Shown: positions 38,507 through 53,160, counted from the first letter of the stretch. The stretch: DNA of 64,000 nucleotides from Anthoceros angustus (GCA_010909165.1 MU008169.1:1116001-1180000), one strand, 5' to 3'. The notes: generated by a model from the letters alone, not told the origin. Translations and numbers: made by a program.

Positions 38507-41500
38507 TTTGGTATCGAGCCTCTCACGATCCACAGTTGCTTGGAGCGGATTGCGCCAGTTGGGCGCGGGATTTCAAGGGGCCCGAGAAAACCACGATGGC
38601 GAGCGATCGCTCCAATCTCAAGTCAATCGCGTAGTGTCCGGCGGAGCGATGAAGAACGGCACCGGAAGGATTGGCGATCGAGTCCGGAGGAGAGCCGCAC
38701 GCCCCGACCACGCCCCGGCGGAGGGGCGCTTTCCAATATGCATCCCGGGACAGAACTCGCAGGAGAGACCAAGAGGCGCAGGAGAAATTGTTGGCCAAAC
38801 AAGAACAAGCGAGCTAGGATTTGCTGCTGGTGCGTCGAGGCCTACGCCGTAAGTCGGACTACGCGATCAACCCCACGCCGCCCCAAACGAGGAAGCATCC
38901 GGATCCTACATCGAGAGAGATGGACAGCTAACGTGAGAAGACGCCTCCGAACGGAAGGGCAGCACAACCCAACTTGTTGCACAACTGCAGAACGCACCGC
39001 TGCTGTGGAGCGATCCGTGAAGAAATCTCGGAAGTCTAGAAACACAAGGCAAACAATTGAGAGAGGTGGAAACGGCAATCACCGAGTAGAAGCCAACTCG
39101 AGGAAAACCAGCCCGCCTGAGCGCCGCTTGAGGGTGTCCTACTGGGCAACGGAACTCACCCCAACCCAACTCGCTCCCATCCACCGTCACCCCAATGTCA
39201 CCCATGCCCGACGGTGAACAACACTCCACACCCGCCACCGCACACCGAAAGTCCAATGAGAACGAAGAAAACGGCCAAGACCCGACACCGCGCCACTCAT
39301 GACCGGCCCTGGCAAGGCGATGAAGCAAGAAGCTTTTGGTCGAGTTGTTACCTGGAGAGAAGGATAATCAAGAGATCAAGGCGTTGGCAAGAAGGTTACA
39401 ACTCATGCGTTACGAAAACTGGGAGTCACAACGAGGTAAAGAAGAAGACTATCAGCGAGGAGAGGAAGGTGAACTCCCGTTCAAGTCCCGTGCCCAGTTG
39501 GATCGGGACCTACAGAGGAAGATTAAAACATCCACCTTTGACGGGACTATGAAGGACGCACAAGCCGTCTATGATTGGATCGATAAGATGGAAAGATACG
39601 GCAAGTGAGAAGGACGACCATCGAAAATCCAGCTTTTGCACCATGTCTCGAGGTATGCATACCGATGGTGGCGAGAGGAACGGTGTGGAGCTCGGGATGG
39701 AGGAACCCATCCACTCTTGGACCGCTCGCATAAGCTTAGAACAATTTCTACCCATCAACCATCGGAAAGACCTATATCAAGAGTTTGGACTATCTCCCAA
39801 CAAGGTACCATTCAAGATTATTATGACCGATTTATACCCCCTCGATATGCCACGCCTTGACGAAGAGCGTAAAATCGAGAAATTCAGGCCTCCGCAGGAG
39901 ATGCGGGACGTCACTAAACGAACCCCCACACCGTGGAGGCAATGAAAGCTGCAGGAATTACGAGTCAACAAATACAAGTATTTGAACACAACCAAGTGGA
40001 ACAAAGCGCACATGCTTCCGACAAGAAGGTGATGTTCAAAGCACGAGATTAACGAAGCAATACATGGACAAGCACTTGTGTTTCACCCGCCGCCTGCACC
40101 ACGGTTCTCGAACCGCCTCATCGCTGTGACTTCGACTGCGGAGACCGCAAGTCCGTGAAACCCACACCGAGCCTCGCAAAACGGGTTCACTCGATAGAAG
40201 AAGAACCGTCGACCCGGCTAAGCGGTGTGCCATGGAGGTACTCTTGACTCTCTCACTAGCAACAACCATGTTCCCATCAAGCTCCTCATGGGAGTAGAAG
40301 GGCTACTTGCCACGGGATTGTTGGACTCAGGAGCGAGTCATCACTACATCTCAAGGTCAGCTGCCGGACGGGCAGGCCTGAAGATCCAGGAGTCAGGACA
40401 ACTATCGACGGTGGTCACCGCACTCAATGAGAGAGAAACCAGCCGAGAGAAGTGGGTAGAAGCCATGCTCACCTTCCCTGGTGGATACCAGGAAATCATG
40501 AAACTCACGGTCATGCCGAACCTATGCCATGACATCATTATCGGTAAGCCCTGGTTGGCACTGCATTCCAAAACTTAGATATTGACTGGAATACAAATGT
40601 AGTTACCTTGTCCGTAGGAGATCGTCAGTTTGTAATGCCTGGGGAGAAATACATTCCGCATAAGCACCTCTACTGCCTCTTTTGAATAAAGCAACCGCCC
40701 ACTCATGTATATAGCCGACTCAAACGAGTGATGCCACTAGGAGGCACGGCCGAGTCTAGGGCGCGAAAGTCAAGAAGTAGAAGACATGCTCCCCGAGTAC
40801 ATGCGCAGATGTTGAAGGAGTTCAGACGCCTTCAAAACACCTACGGACCTACCACCTAGGAGAAGGCCGACCACCGCATCGACCTCCTACCCGGACATAC
40901 ACCAATATGCCTCCATACAGGCGCTCGGAGCGAGGAAATCAAACGACAAGTGGATGAATTCACGGCCTGGGTTTGTGAGACCCTCCGCTCACCCTTTGGG
41001 CACCCGCTTTATCGGGTCGCAAAACCGGATGGAGCATGGCGACGATCGACTATCGAGTAATGAGCTACGACGAAATGTTTACCAAATGCATGGATTGACA
41101 TCCTAGACCAACTCCACGGCTCCACGCTCACAAAGATCGACTTAAGGTCGCTTCCATCGACACGTATCCACGAAGGTGGCAGTACAAAGCGCATTCGTAC
41201 CCGTCATGGTCATTTTGAATTTGTTGTCATGCCGTTTGGTCTTACCGCCCCGCCACCTTCCAAAGGTCGATGCAAGAAGTCCTCCGTCCCTGGGAAGGGA
41301 GTGTATTTTTAGATGATATTCTCATCTACTGAGGATGTAGAAACACACTACAAACTTGTTAGAGAAGTCTTCACCTTACTCCGAAACACCAACTCCCAGC
41401 CAAGCGTAGCAAGTGCGCCTTCATGCAACCCGAGTGTGAGTATCTAGGTCATATCATCGCCTGTGGCATCCACGTAGACCCTAGAAAAATCAAGGTCATT

Positions 41501-44500
41501 GACGAGTGGCCTTTACCTCAAGACCGTAACCGAGAGGTTTCCTTGGCCTCGTGTTTCTATCGCCGTTTATCAAAGATTTCAAGAAGATGGCTGCCTCACC
41601 GATGCCCTCCGCACCCGCCTAGTCAACCCTCCAACTCCGCACTGCTGCCCACCCTAAAGTGCCTGTGGCGCCCCAGCTGCATCCCCAAGCTCCCTACGTA
41701 GTACACACCGATCGTCGGACTTTGCTATGGGCAGTAACACAACATGGCAGGTGATTGCATATGAATCAAAAACTACAAGGTGCTCAAATTTAACTATCCT
41801 GCTCACGACAAAGAAATGCTGGCCATAGTTCACGCCTCGTGGTATGGAGACACTACTTATTAGGCAGCTCACCGCAACACCGATCACCATTCACTTCAAT
41901 ATTTTTCACTCAACCAAACACAGAACGACAAAGGAGGTGTGAGTACTGCGGACTTCAACTTTGATATTAAGTATGTCACTGGAGCTTCCAATATCGCGGA
42001 TGCCCTCGGACGAGCTTGTGCACTTATGTCGTCCCAACTCGACACAATCAGTTAATCGACGACCATTCCCCATGACCCCGCTCCACAACCGTAAATAACC
42101 TCATGCCAAGCTAGGTCAACCCACAGCCCTCACCCAACTCTACTCACCAAAGACCCGACATATGAAAAGGTAGGCTTGTCATCCCGGACCAACTCCAACA
42201 TGTCAAAAGCTATTCTCCATGACCTTCATGACACCCCATAGCAGTCACCTAGGCATCGATAAAACTTATGCTAGAGTCAAGGAACACTTCCATTGGGTGA
42301 CTCCGCTCCAACCGCATTGAGTGGGTCCGCCTCCCCGCTCCCCGCCAACAAGCTAACACCAAAACAACTCGGCCTTCTACAACCGCTTCCAATTCCCAAG
42401 GCGGTTCGGTTCCATTTCCATGGATTTCATCACTCACTTACCTCGCTCCAAGTCGTCGTGATAGTATCCGGGTCGTGATGGACCGCCTCACAAAACCTCG
42501 CCTTTCCCCCGCCCATCACCATCAAGACAAAAATTAGCTCACCTGCTCATTAAAGAAATTTTCCGCCTTCACGGAACCCCAGAAACATTGTCTCCGGAGA
42601 TGTGAAGTTTACCGGGTTCGGAGAACCTTCACTAAACTCCGGATGGAACAACATATGTCATCGACCGACCCGTAGATCGACCAAACCGAAAACAAAACCA
42701 AGTACTCAAGACATGCTTCGCCACTTTACCCATGAGAAACAAGGGAAATGGGAAGACCTCTTACCATTACTCGAGTTTGCCTACAACACATCCAAACATC
42801 GCAGTCGTCTCCTTACAAGCTCCTCGGGAAAATCCCCACCCCGGTCTCGGCCTTCCCGATGGATAAGTGGAAGACCGCAGCCGAGGCATGAGGACATATT
42901 TCGGGAAGTTAAGCTTGCCAAGCGAAACTCCTTGCACCCAAGGCTCAAACTCGCAAATCGGCACAGGGAGGCGTCGTCATCAACGTGGGACGGTGATCGC
43001 TCGACTCAAACCAAACAGTACCCCACCTCATCCGGACAAAAGACAAGTTGTCTTATCGCTTTGGACCCTTGAATTTCTAGACGGATCAACCCCGTCGCAT
43101 ACCAAACGATCTCCTCCTGGCGTTGGCGCCTATGTCGCACTTCCATGTCTCTATGTTGAAACCCGTCATCTCGCCCCTCACTACCCTCATGCACACCAAC
43201 CCTACCCCGGACCGTCCGGTCCCCATCCAGACACGCCGATCCTCGCCTCCTCCGTCAAGCCCATCGCTTGTTTGCTCCGCCCATCGCTGGCCCTAGTCTC
43301 CAGCCCATCGCAGCCGAGCTAAGACACCTGCCCGTGCAGCCCGCCGCCTCCATGACCTTCATGACACCCCATAGCAGTCACCTAGGCATCGATAAAACTT
43401 ATGCTAGAGTCAAGGAACACTTCCATTGGTGACTCCGCCCAACGCATTGAGTGGGTCCGCTCCCCGCTCCCCGCCAAGCCGTAACACCGTAAACAACCCG
43501 GCCTTCTACAACCGCTTCCACCCCAAGGGCTTCGGCCCATTTCCATGGATTTCATCACTCACTTACCTCGCTCCAAGTCGTCGTGATAGTATCCGGGTCG
43601 TGATGGACCGCCTCACAAAACCTCGCCCTGGCCCGCCTACCATCACCGCACAAAATTAGCTCACTGGTCAAAGAAATTTTCCGCCTTCACGGAACCCGAA
43701 AACATTGTCTCCGAGAGATGTGAAGTTTACCTCGGGTTCGGAGAACCTTCACGGAAACTCGGTATGGAACAACATATGTCATCGACTGTCACCCGTAGAC
43801 CGACGGCCAAACCGAAAACAAAACCAAGTACTCAAGACATGCTTCGCCACTTTACCCATGAGAAACAAGGAAATGGGAAGACCTCTTACCATTACTCGAG
43901 TTTGCCTACAACACATCCAAACATGCGCAACAGTACGCCTCCTTACAAGCTCTGTGACGGGAAAATCCCCACCCCGGTCTCGGCCTTCCCCGGTGATAGT
44001 GGAAGACCGCACGAGATGGAGGACATATTTCGTAGTTAAGCTTGCCAAGCGTAAACTCCTTGCACCCAAGACACATCAAACTCGCAAATCGGCACAGAGA
44101 GACGTGCTCAACGTGGGACAGGTCCGCTTCGACTCAAACCAAACAGTACCTCATCCGCATAAAAGACAAGTTGTCTTATCGCTTTGGACCCTTGAATTTC
44201 TAGACGGATCAACCTCACGATACCGCCTGATCTCCTCTTGGCGCCTATGTCGCACTTCCATGTCTCTATGTTGAAACCCGTCATCTCTCGCCTCACTACC
44301 CTCATGCACACCAACCCTACCCCGGACCTGCCCGCCCCCATCCGACACGCCGATCCTCGCCTCCGATCGCTTGTTTGCTCCGCCCATCGCTGGCCCTAGT
44401 CTCCAGCCCATCGCAGCCGAGCTAAGACACCTGCACGCCCATCGCCCGCCCAGCACACCTCGCACTTTCGCCCGCCCCGCCAATCGCCTGTTCGAACCCG

Positions 44501-44973
44501 GCCTCGGCCCATCGCGCATGACGGACCCGGCCCATCGCAAGCCCCAAACCCAGCCCTCCGTCCATCACCGCGATTGCGTCCTTTCAGTCCCAACCCCTCT
44601 TTACCCTCCTCCAACACCAACCCCGGGCGTCCGCCAGTTTCCCAGCTCTCCAGCCGAGCCCCGCCGTATAACCCTCGACCCCGCCGCCCCTTGTCCGACC
44701 TCCCAAGCCTTCTCGGGCCCGCACCACACACTCACACCTCAATCCCCCCACCCGTTCATTCCTTCCCTCCCAACTCCTCGCGCAATCTTCCCGACCGCAT
44801 TCTCCAGCACCATACCCGCCATCTCCGCAATAGATCTATTACCCACTACCTCGTTGGTGGTCAGTGAGCCCGATGCTACCGCGACATGGGAGACCGAGGA
44901 CTTTGCCGCCACATCCGCGGCTTCAGCAGCGGATCATCCGGCGGATGGGCCGGCCTCTTCTTGAAGGGGAGAA

Positions 44974-45264
44974 TGTCATGGCCGTGACAACGACACAAGT
45001 GTGAACACGGTCATTTCCCAGCTAGTTTAAGTAGCTAGATTAATTCGGTTTAAGTATTATCCGGAATAAATACCGGATAATCTACGATGTAATCTGACGG
45101 GCATAGTAGTTGAACCGTCATGGTATAGTTAGTTGAGCCCGTCCACGGCAACCGGACGTGCATTGTTCTTGGCCAAACAGTACAGAGAGATCCGGAAACT
45201 GAACAAGCGCCAATTTCCTCCGATCGAGTTACGGCTCAAGCCTACGCGTAGTCGATACGTGACA
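44974..45264 (+). repeat. 3' LTR
   Basis: Direct repeat of 38216-38506, preceded by PPT. Confidence 0.92.
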
Positions 45265-46033
45265 TCGTAAGTCGCTCGTTTGTTAGCTCATGGTCGTGTG
45301 GTCCCCATTTAACCGGACAGTTTGTGATCAAATGTTTCCTCCCTTGGGGCACAGATTTTTGTTATTCTTGGTTCCGGTGTGGGCCTTTGTCTGAGGGGCT
45401 GCCACGAGACTGTGGTGTCCTTTCAAGTCGATCAGGTGGCCCTGGTCTGTCCAAGGGATCACATACTACCATTCCCAGTGGCTCGACACCTACAAGTGCA
45501 CAAGCACAAGGACAGGGAGTTGAACAAAATTCAAGCATGCATGCTGGAGTGTTAACCTTCCCCGGCCCGCCTGGTACCCATTCTCTTCAATTGCACGCTT
45601 CAGCAGGTGCAGCCGACAAGCTTAGCTTTTCGAGCTTTTCGAGCTTTTCGAGCACTCCGCGAAAGAAGGGCTAGTTCAAATGTGAGCGGCATCCGTGCAT
45701 GTTGATGGACCAGGTGACGAACTCCTGACCTGACATCTGTATGGCATGCCGTTTGGGACATCCAGAAGTTTCACCTTTTTTTTGATGTCCCTACTAACTT
45801 AAAGTAAACACTCCAGCTGGCAGTGTCCACCGAGTTGAAACTTCAGCGTTGGCGGACGCAGCCACGTGAAGCGCCAGCTCGGCAGGGTGATCAGGGCCAT
45901 AACTGGGAGTTCGTGATCCAGGGCCTTTATTCAGGCACTAGCATGAGACTATAACGTGACCAGATAAGTGGGACGATAATGGACAGGTAACCAAGTAGAT
46001 TCAAACTACTTCCTTTCTAGATTACATACCGTA

Positions 46034-46374
46034 CCCCAAGGGGTGATTCGGCGTTAATTAATTAAAATTAGTAAAAGTTGAAAATCCAGAAATTATTATA
46101 CTTAAAATGTTGAATAGGTAAAAATTTATGAGTTTATGATGCCGAAAATAAGGAAAATAGGGTTTGTGTGGAAAATTAGGGCCTATTTAGGGGAGATCTA
46201 TACATATCCATTAATTTTATATATATACCTATATATTTTAATAAATGTTGAAATTTGATAAAACTATTTTTTGTAAATGTTGAAAAATTTGAAAAATATA
46301 AATATTTATGTTGAACCTTGTTTTTTCAAAATAATTATTTAAAGCATTATCCCCGTTGAAACTCTACCCTGGGG
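46034..46374. mobile_element. Possible AT-rich MITE
   Basis: gta|ccccaaggggt ... accctgggg|tac short inverted termini; internal gttgaa repeats. Confidence 0.4.
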
Positions 46375-46484
46375 TACTTGGAGAGTTGCTAAATATATAT
46401 GAAGGAATAAAAATATATATGAAACTTGGCTGAAAAGAAGAAAAAGAATATTTCTATTATAAAATGGCAATGCACCATTTCTTA

Positions 46485-47312
46485 AGTAGGTAGTAAGAAA
46501 AGGCATTTAATGGAGGAAAGAGGTCAATACTTTGAGTTTATATAGATAAGGAATTCTACCTTATTTTAGATCTTACTATATTAAGTATTTATCTTATTTT
46601 TCGCCTTTACAATTCTAATAGCTTTCCTATGAGAAACTTGCTAGTTCGACGTCATCGTGGGCAACTATGTGATATGGGTTAGTAGCATTAAGCGCAGAGC
46701 TTTGAAAGGCGACAACCGTATGTGGGTCCATGACGGAAGCATGACTTAAGCCTAGCATTCTAGTAACATCAACTACACAAGTTGATGTTGCTAAAATGCT
46801 AGATTTAGTCCTATGTTGAATTCAAAGGAACTTAGGCAACAACTTGTCTTTTCGACATACAATACTCTCCCATAAGTTATGCTTAGAAATTAGTCCCATT
46901 CTAGTTACTTTCTATCCATTCTTACATGATAGGAAAGATATTAAAAATAATAAGATGAGTAAGAAGATAATACTCTTAACATAGTAAGATCTAAAATAAG
47001 GTAGATCAACAGACGGCTGTTGCCTTTCAAAGCTCTATGCTTAATGCTACTGACCCATATCACATAGGTTGCCTACAATGAGGTGAGCTACCAAGTTTCT
47101 CCAAGGAAAGCTATTAAAAATGTAAAGATGAAAAATAAGATAAGACACTTAATATAGTAAGATCTAACATAAGGAATAGAGTAGATGTTATTAATAGACG
47201 AGATGGGAAATCGCATCTAACCCTGAAGTCCGAGGAGGAACAACCTAAAATGGGCTAATGGTAAAAGGGGAAGTCCTAGTCCCCTCGAATGCCTTTTCCG
47301 TAACTACCTACT
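46485..47312. repeat. Foldback / long inverted repeat
   Basis: 46559-46720 pairs with 47013-47174; outer arms 46485-46508 / 47288-47312; internal hairpin 46752-46802. Confidence 0.8.
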
Positions 47313-48899
47313 GCACCAATGATATCGTGATCAGGGATGATGAAGGGCCTACCTACCACCGGTGCTGAAGAAGCCGCTAGTCCTGCGCACGTCACCGTCC
47401 TATAAACAGCGTTAGCCAGCGCTTTTTGCAGAGCGATGGAAACCTGCTAGCGAAAGAAAGCCACCACAGAGGAAAGGGGGAGGCCCCTCCAATTCTTGTG
47501 GCTATGATAGGCTTTTGCACACTCCTTAATTAACCTAGAGAAGTCTTTGCCCATAGCTCTATGAGTCTTGACACTACTAGGAAAACGTGTCCTTTACAAC
47601 GGAATTTACTACGGACATTACTACAGAATTACTACACCTGTAGTAAAATGCCCGTTGTAAACACATAGCGTTAATTTCCATGGTAATGTCTTCACACCGT
47701 ATTCGTATGTCTATATACGTGGTCGTATGTGACGCCCATACTTTCACGGAGTTGACCGTACATCGATTAGGGTTTAACTACGCTCACTTTACAACAACAA
47801 TTACTACGGTGATCTACAACCAAGATTTATGGAATTAATCCCAACCTGGTTAATAAAATATGGTTAAGTAACCAATGTGAATTAACTCAAGTTTATTAAC
47901 CCGGGTTAAATAACATTGGTTTATAAACCATAGTTATGTAACCATGGTTAGGTTAATCGTGAATCAGAGTTATAACGGGCCGTTGTAAAACACAGCTGCA
48001 AAATAAGGTGCGTAGTAAAATCTGATGTAAAGCAGGACCGTAGTAAAGTAAAACGGATTTATATTCTTTGTAGTAAAGTGCACTCTGTTGTAGTAAAATG
48101 AAGGGAGTGCTAGGTGGGTGTGTGGGTTATGGGTAATCAATTTGGGATTGCACCTACATCCTACAATATATTAGACTCCCAGCCCCCTACATGCACCTGG
48201 CATCTAAGAATTTTCTCCACCCAAGACCTCAACTCAAAGACGTGCCCCAAAGGTTTGCCACCTGCAAAAAGAGAACCACGAACTTAAATCGGTTCAAGTT
48301 CATGTAACTGTGCTATCACAAAATAGACACAATAGTCACGGACAACGACCTAACGAATCATGCTCAAGCATCCTCGCTTGTCTTGCAACTTTGCGGGAAG
48401 ATAATGCCCCACCATCCACCCGTCATCTATGACATTCTTCTTTAGGATGGCCTCCATGACCTTCTCATCGCACTCCTTGATGGAATAGCCTGCATCCTTC
48501 AACAAGGTCCACACATTAATCGCCTTGTCCTTGCCCCTTTGAGTCCACTTGCACCCAAAGCTGGAGTTCTAGTTCCGCATCGCATCCAAAACTCTTTCAA
48601 CTTTGTAAGCCAAGCCCCATGATTGGCATCGCATTCATCGGTTGACTTTGCCTCAACCAACGGGTTCCACACGTTAATAGCGATGTCAATCCCCACAGCA
48701 GGTTAACATGTGGAACACGATATCTTGTGAAGGGGTTAATATCCAACCCCTTCCGTGAAATGAAAACCCCTTAGCACAATTCACGGTCGCTGCGTTTTGG
48801 CTCTTTTTAAAAGCAGACGACCATGTTCCAGCAGTAGGAATTGAGAAAACTCTTATCGCACAACAAAGACATGAAAGCAGTGCGAGGCCGGCGGCGCCT

Positions 48900-51800
48900 T
48901 TTCATTGATTCTTTGGAACATGGGAAACGAAGACATCAATTGCCTCAATGCAGCGGGTCCATAAGTGATTGCGAACTAAGCGGCAGCGGATGCACATGAG
49001 ATCACTAAGCCTACTCCCTACGGCTAACTTGGGACTCGTCCGGGGTAGCAAACTCGAATCCATCACAATAGCAGTTGAATCGCTCCACTTCCTCTTCATC
49101 GGCTGTTCTCCCCAAGGCCCTAGTGTCTTCGTTTAGTCTTGTCTCTCGTCGGTCGTGGAAGGCTGCCAAAGCTATCCAAGGATTGCTGTCCCTCTCAAAA
49201 GTGCTCCGGTTTTGGTCTTGACCGTCTTGCGTTTAAGGAAACAACTGAGCTTGCGAGAGTCCTTCTCGATACACACCTCCTTTGCCCAGTGCAAGTCCTC
49301 TGCGGTGGGCGTCAAATGTCGATTCTTCTTGACGTGGTAACCTCATGCCCAATCCTTTGTGCAATATATCCCGCACACCTCAAGTCGCTTCTATAGCAAT
49401 ACAATTATCCGCATAGTAGAGCCGCCGATGCGTTGTCCCACTCCCGAGCATACATCCAAAACCCAATCCCCTCTCTCGAGAAGGTTCGGATAAGTTTCAT
49501 CATAAGGCCCAGAGGCCTCGGTATGGGCAAACCACCATTTTGTCGTGGGACATGTACACTGTTTCTTCACAAAATATCGTGAGCGATCACGACCTCCCAT
49601 TGTTGAAAGTGCCGTGCATGGCATTGGGCATCATTGGAACTCTATCCCTGTGAACCCATCTTTCATTCCCCAACCCTTTGACATATTCCACGGTTTGAAC
49701 CCACCCTGTCATTGTTCATGTTGGTCTTGTCCCATACAAATGAGACCAAGCCCCTTTCTTGCACCACCTTCGCATGGACTCCACGGCGGTGTGAGCCTCC
49801 TCCACACCATGCATGACAATCATTCTCAACTCATCGGAAGTTGTTTTCTCCGCAAAGCTCGCAAAGCGTGTCCATCATCGCTTGTCAACACGTTTGTCCA
49901 AGGGCCCAATTTGAAACCCCTTGGAGCGTCCATCACCAGTGTGTCTTGGCGTCCTCTCGAAATCACGCATGTCCGCCAAATCTCGGCTTTCCACTTGGTA
50001 TGCACTTGTTTATCAGGAGGGCTGCTGAACACCTCGGTCCCTCCTCAAGGTCCTTGTCCGCTAAAGCACGCTGCCGTCCTCCAGCCCTTTCCAATTGTTC
50101 ACCTCAAAAATAAAATCTTTGAAGGCATCGGAAGTTTGGACAAGACCTCAATGTCCTTCTTCTTTGCGAACCACAAGTTTGTTAGTCCAAAGTGGGAAAG
50201 AACGAATGGGCGCCGGCCGGCGCCCTCCATGACCTTGCGTGCATGGACAAGAAACTCACCTTTCCGGTAGCGATTTGAAACCGCGGCCTCAGTCTGGAAT
50301 GCAGCGGATATTCCTCTCGGACCTCCTCAAATGAAGAGCACCCGGTGCTTGACCATCGCCACTTGTATGACATGAAACTTCTTCCGCGTGATCTCCTCAT
50401 CCATGCCCTTCAAATCAATCGAGTAACACCTTTTACATCGCGTGACGATTTCGACCGCACTCTCCAGGTATGCCTTGGAGCGATTTCCATGGCTTTGCCA
50501 ACATGTCCTTGACTTCACGTAGTCTCCATTTTGCTCCTCGTCAACTTGCGCTTCCCTTTCCCTTTCTTGCTTGTTCCTGGTAGATGCTTCTTACATTGGA
50601 GTTCTCCAGCCTCCCACTTGAGAAAATGGAGTCCACATTGGCCCATACCTTTCCTTCACCTTGGCAATGCATAAAATGTGTGCGGTTATCCACTTTGTTA
50701 CGCTTATACACATCGTCTTGCGCCCTTCATCATCCTCAATCAGCCCTTTGCACCTTGCATTGTACTTCCATGCCATTGTCATCAGTACTCCTTCTCGTTT
50801 TGCTATCAAAAGCTCATCTCTTAAGTATCGGACCGCTCAATGAAGTTCATCTTCTTCCGCTTTGTCCGACATAGTGTTGTGATCGTGGCAAGGACTCGCA
50901 TTTACGGTATAGTAAGCCGCAATAGACATGCGCTTCAACGTATTGGAACCTCTTCTTCCACGGTGATATATCGCATAGATGTTTCATGGTCGCATAAGTG
51001 TGGTTCCCACCAAGAACCCCATAACATATTTTTTCGCCATCTCTTCCGGTCCAACTTGCGAGGTCATTGCACTCACTTGGATCAATCATACATAATAGTG
51101 GCGGTACACCCTCCTCTATCCTCCCCTTGAAATAACTCGCCGAGATAATTGGCCCATGCCTCTCAACCTGCAATCTGCGCATCCGGCGTAATATGTCGGG
51201 CGGTAAGTTCTCCAATTTCACTAGCACTTGTCTCCATGACAACCTTCTTTCCGTAGTGAATCCCTTAGGCGAGTGAGGGGTCTGCATCCGATCAGCGTCG
51301 CAAGGCGTTCTTCATCATCAAAATATGCAGTGGGAATGCCACCAAACACTTCCTCTTGTGCGCCCTTTTGATTTCTTTTTCTTCCTCCCTGTCTCCGTGC
51401 TTCCACTGTCGGGTTTCTTCGCACCTCATGGAATCCAACACCGCAGCAGGCGCTTGCCTTGAGCGATCGGCGGTGTCTCTATCTCCTATGGCGAGGAGGG
51501 CGCCCGGCCGCGCCTCCGCCTTCTTCCTCCATACCCGTGTGTCCCCACCCACTTCCTCCTCTCTGCCTCCAACGTCGGCACCTCTTCCACTGCGGTCCGG
51601 TGGAAGGGCTCTGTGGATGGAGGTATGCAGCGCCGGCCGGCCGGCGCCGATCTATCTCCTTCTGGGCGGATAAACCGGTTGGGATCCGGAGTGGCCAAGT
51701 CCGAGCCCTGCACTCTTCGCCTGCGCGGCCGGCGGCGCCACTACTCCTCGGCATTCACTACATCCGTGCACACTCATAGATGGCCCATGCCAAGCCAAGT

Positions 51801-52803
51801 GGGTAAAATTGCCGCATCCCTATGTTCGTCTGTCCCCGAGACTTCATCATCGGAATGTCCCGTCAGAATCGGGCCCTCTTCCTCATCGGATGGGCCAAGT
51901 TCGCTCTAAGGCTGTTGCTCGGACGCCTCTTCAACCATTCTTTGATGTGCTGCGCACCCTTCTCATGACTCTCTCCTATGATCAATGATCTCGGTTATCT
52001 TCCCACAGTTGCCCTTATAAGGGCCATTCCTACCAAAGGTGGTGGGAAAACAAACAAACAAGTTGAATGTTAGTCATCAAAGTCGGAGGGTTTCGCTGTC
52101 GTTGTTGGAAACTTCGTGTCTTTGGCGCATGCATTCGGAACTCTTCCACTATTCGAGGTGCACATTTTTGGCGTTGAATCCTTGGTGAGAACATAAGACC
52201 TGTAAAACTCGGGGTCTGGATGACGCATCGAACTCGTATGGCACGGTGGTGCACAATAGCGTGAACTCCGGCTCCCCTCGTTCATGTCCATGTTTGCCCA
52301 GTTACCCGGCCCTTGCTCTGATTTGGCAAAGCCCCGATACCCCATTATCCGTAGTTTGAGCAAGGGGTCCATGCTTCTTTCAACCTCTGGGTGCGGATCT
52401 GGACTAGCATCCAATCCTTACGCACGACAATAGGGTCTATCGCCATCTGCGGATGTGCCGCAGTCTCTTCATAGGCGAATGGCGACGGAATTGGTGCACC
52501 GGATGCTTTGAAGCCTTGCCTCCCTCCTTCCCCTCCTTGCCCGCTGCCTTGCTCGCTTGTTTTCCCGAAGACATGCTCCCGGATTTTGCTTGCCCAGCAG
52601 AGGCTATATGGCCCCCCAACCCTCCAGAATGTGCGGCGTGCCCTCCCAAACTTCCTTCCAGCCTGCCTTCCTCTCGGCGACTGCGGAACCTCGTGCTGCG
52701 ATTTAGCGGATGTCTTCGTCTTAAGCGCTTTGCCTTCTTCATCGCTGCTGCGGCGGAGGATCGCGCCTCGCCAGTCCTTCTTGCTCCGCCTTCCGCTCGC
52801 CAT
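48900..52803 (-). pseudogene. ParB/Srx-like domain + beta-class N6-adenine/N4-cytosine DNA methyltransferase fusion (frameshifted in this assembly)
   Basis: ParB-like LLCMIDP...YGVLGGNHT...HVYCGL...DHN (51110-50870). Motif IV LVMDAPRGF..GPWD (~49940-49895), FVWDKTN (~49740), CPY.RPLGLMMKLIRTFSREGDWVLDVCSGVGTT..AALLCG.NCIAIE (49530-49388). ATG at 52803 lies just after a splice acceptor. Confidence 0.8.
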
Positions 52804-53160
52804 CTTTAAGAATGAACCTGCAGATCACAAGACATCACGAATTTGGAAGGCGCAAACAATTGTTTCACATGGAAGTAGAACGAACCTCACTCGCAGACCC
52901 GCCGATTGATGCACGAGGAATGCCCGGCTCGTCTCCCCAACCCCGAGCGTGCCGTGGCTGCAATCCCAAGCGCGCGCGGCTGCGAAGGGAGGATTCGTGG
53001 AATTGTGGACGGACACCTCCTCCAAATCGGGCACCACCACCAGCAGTCAGCACGCTCCCTCGTTACTTCCCCTCAAGTGGAAGTGCTGGCCAGAACGCTC
53101 CACCGTGATGGCAAGTGGCAAGAGAAAACAAATAGTTTTTAGGGTTTCCTCCCCAACTGG

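Larger units (their letters stand above)
38216..45264 (+). mobile_element. Ty3/gypsy (chromovirus) LTR retrotransposon, degenerate
   Basis: ~290-bp LTRs TGTCA..TGACA at 38216-38506 and 44974-45264; PBS tggtatcgagcc 38509-38520; PPT gaaggggagaa 44963-44973. Gag FDGT..DAQAVYDWIDKMERY, protease LLDSGASHHYIS, RT, RNase H, integrase, chromodomain (RILQH..HYLV..PDATATWE). Integrase region duplicated (42215 / 43348). Confidence 0.95.
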
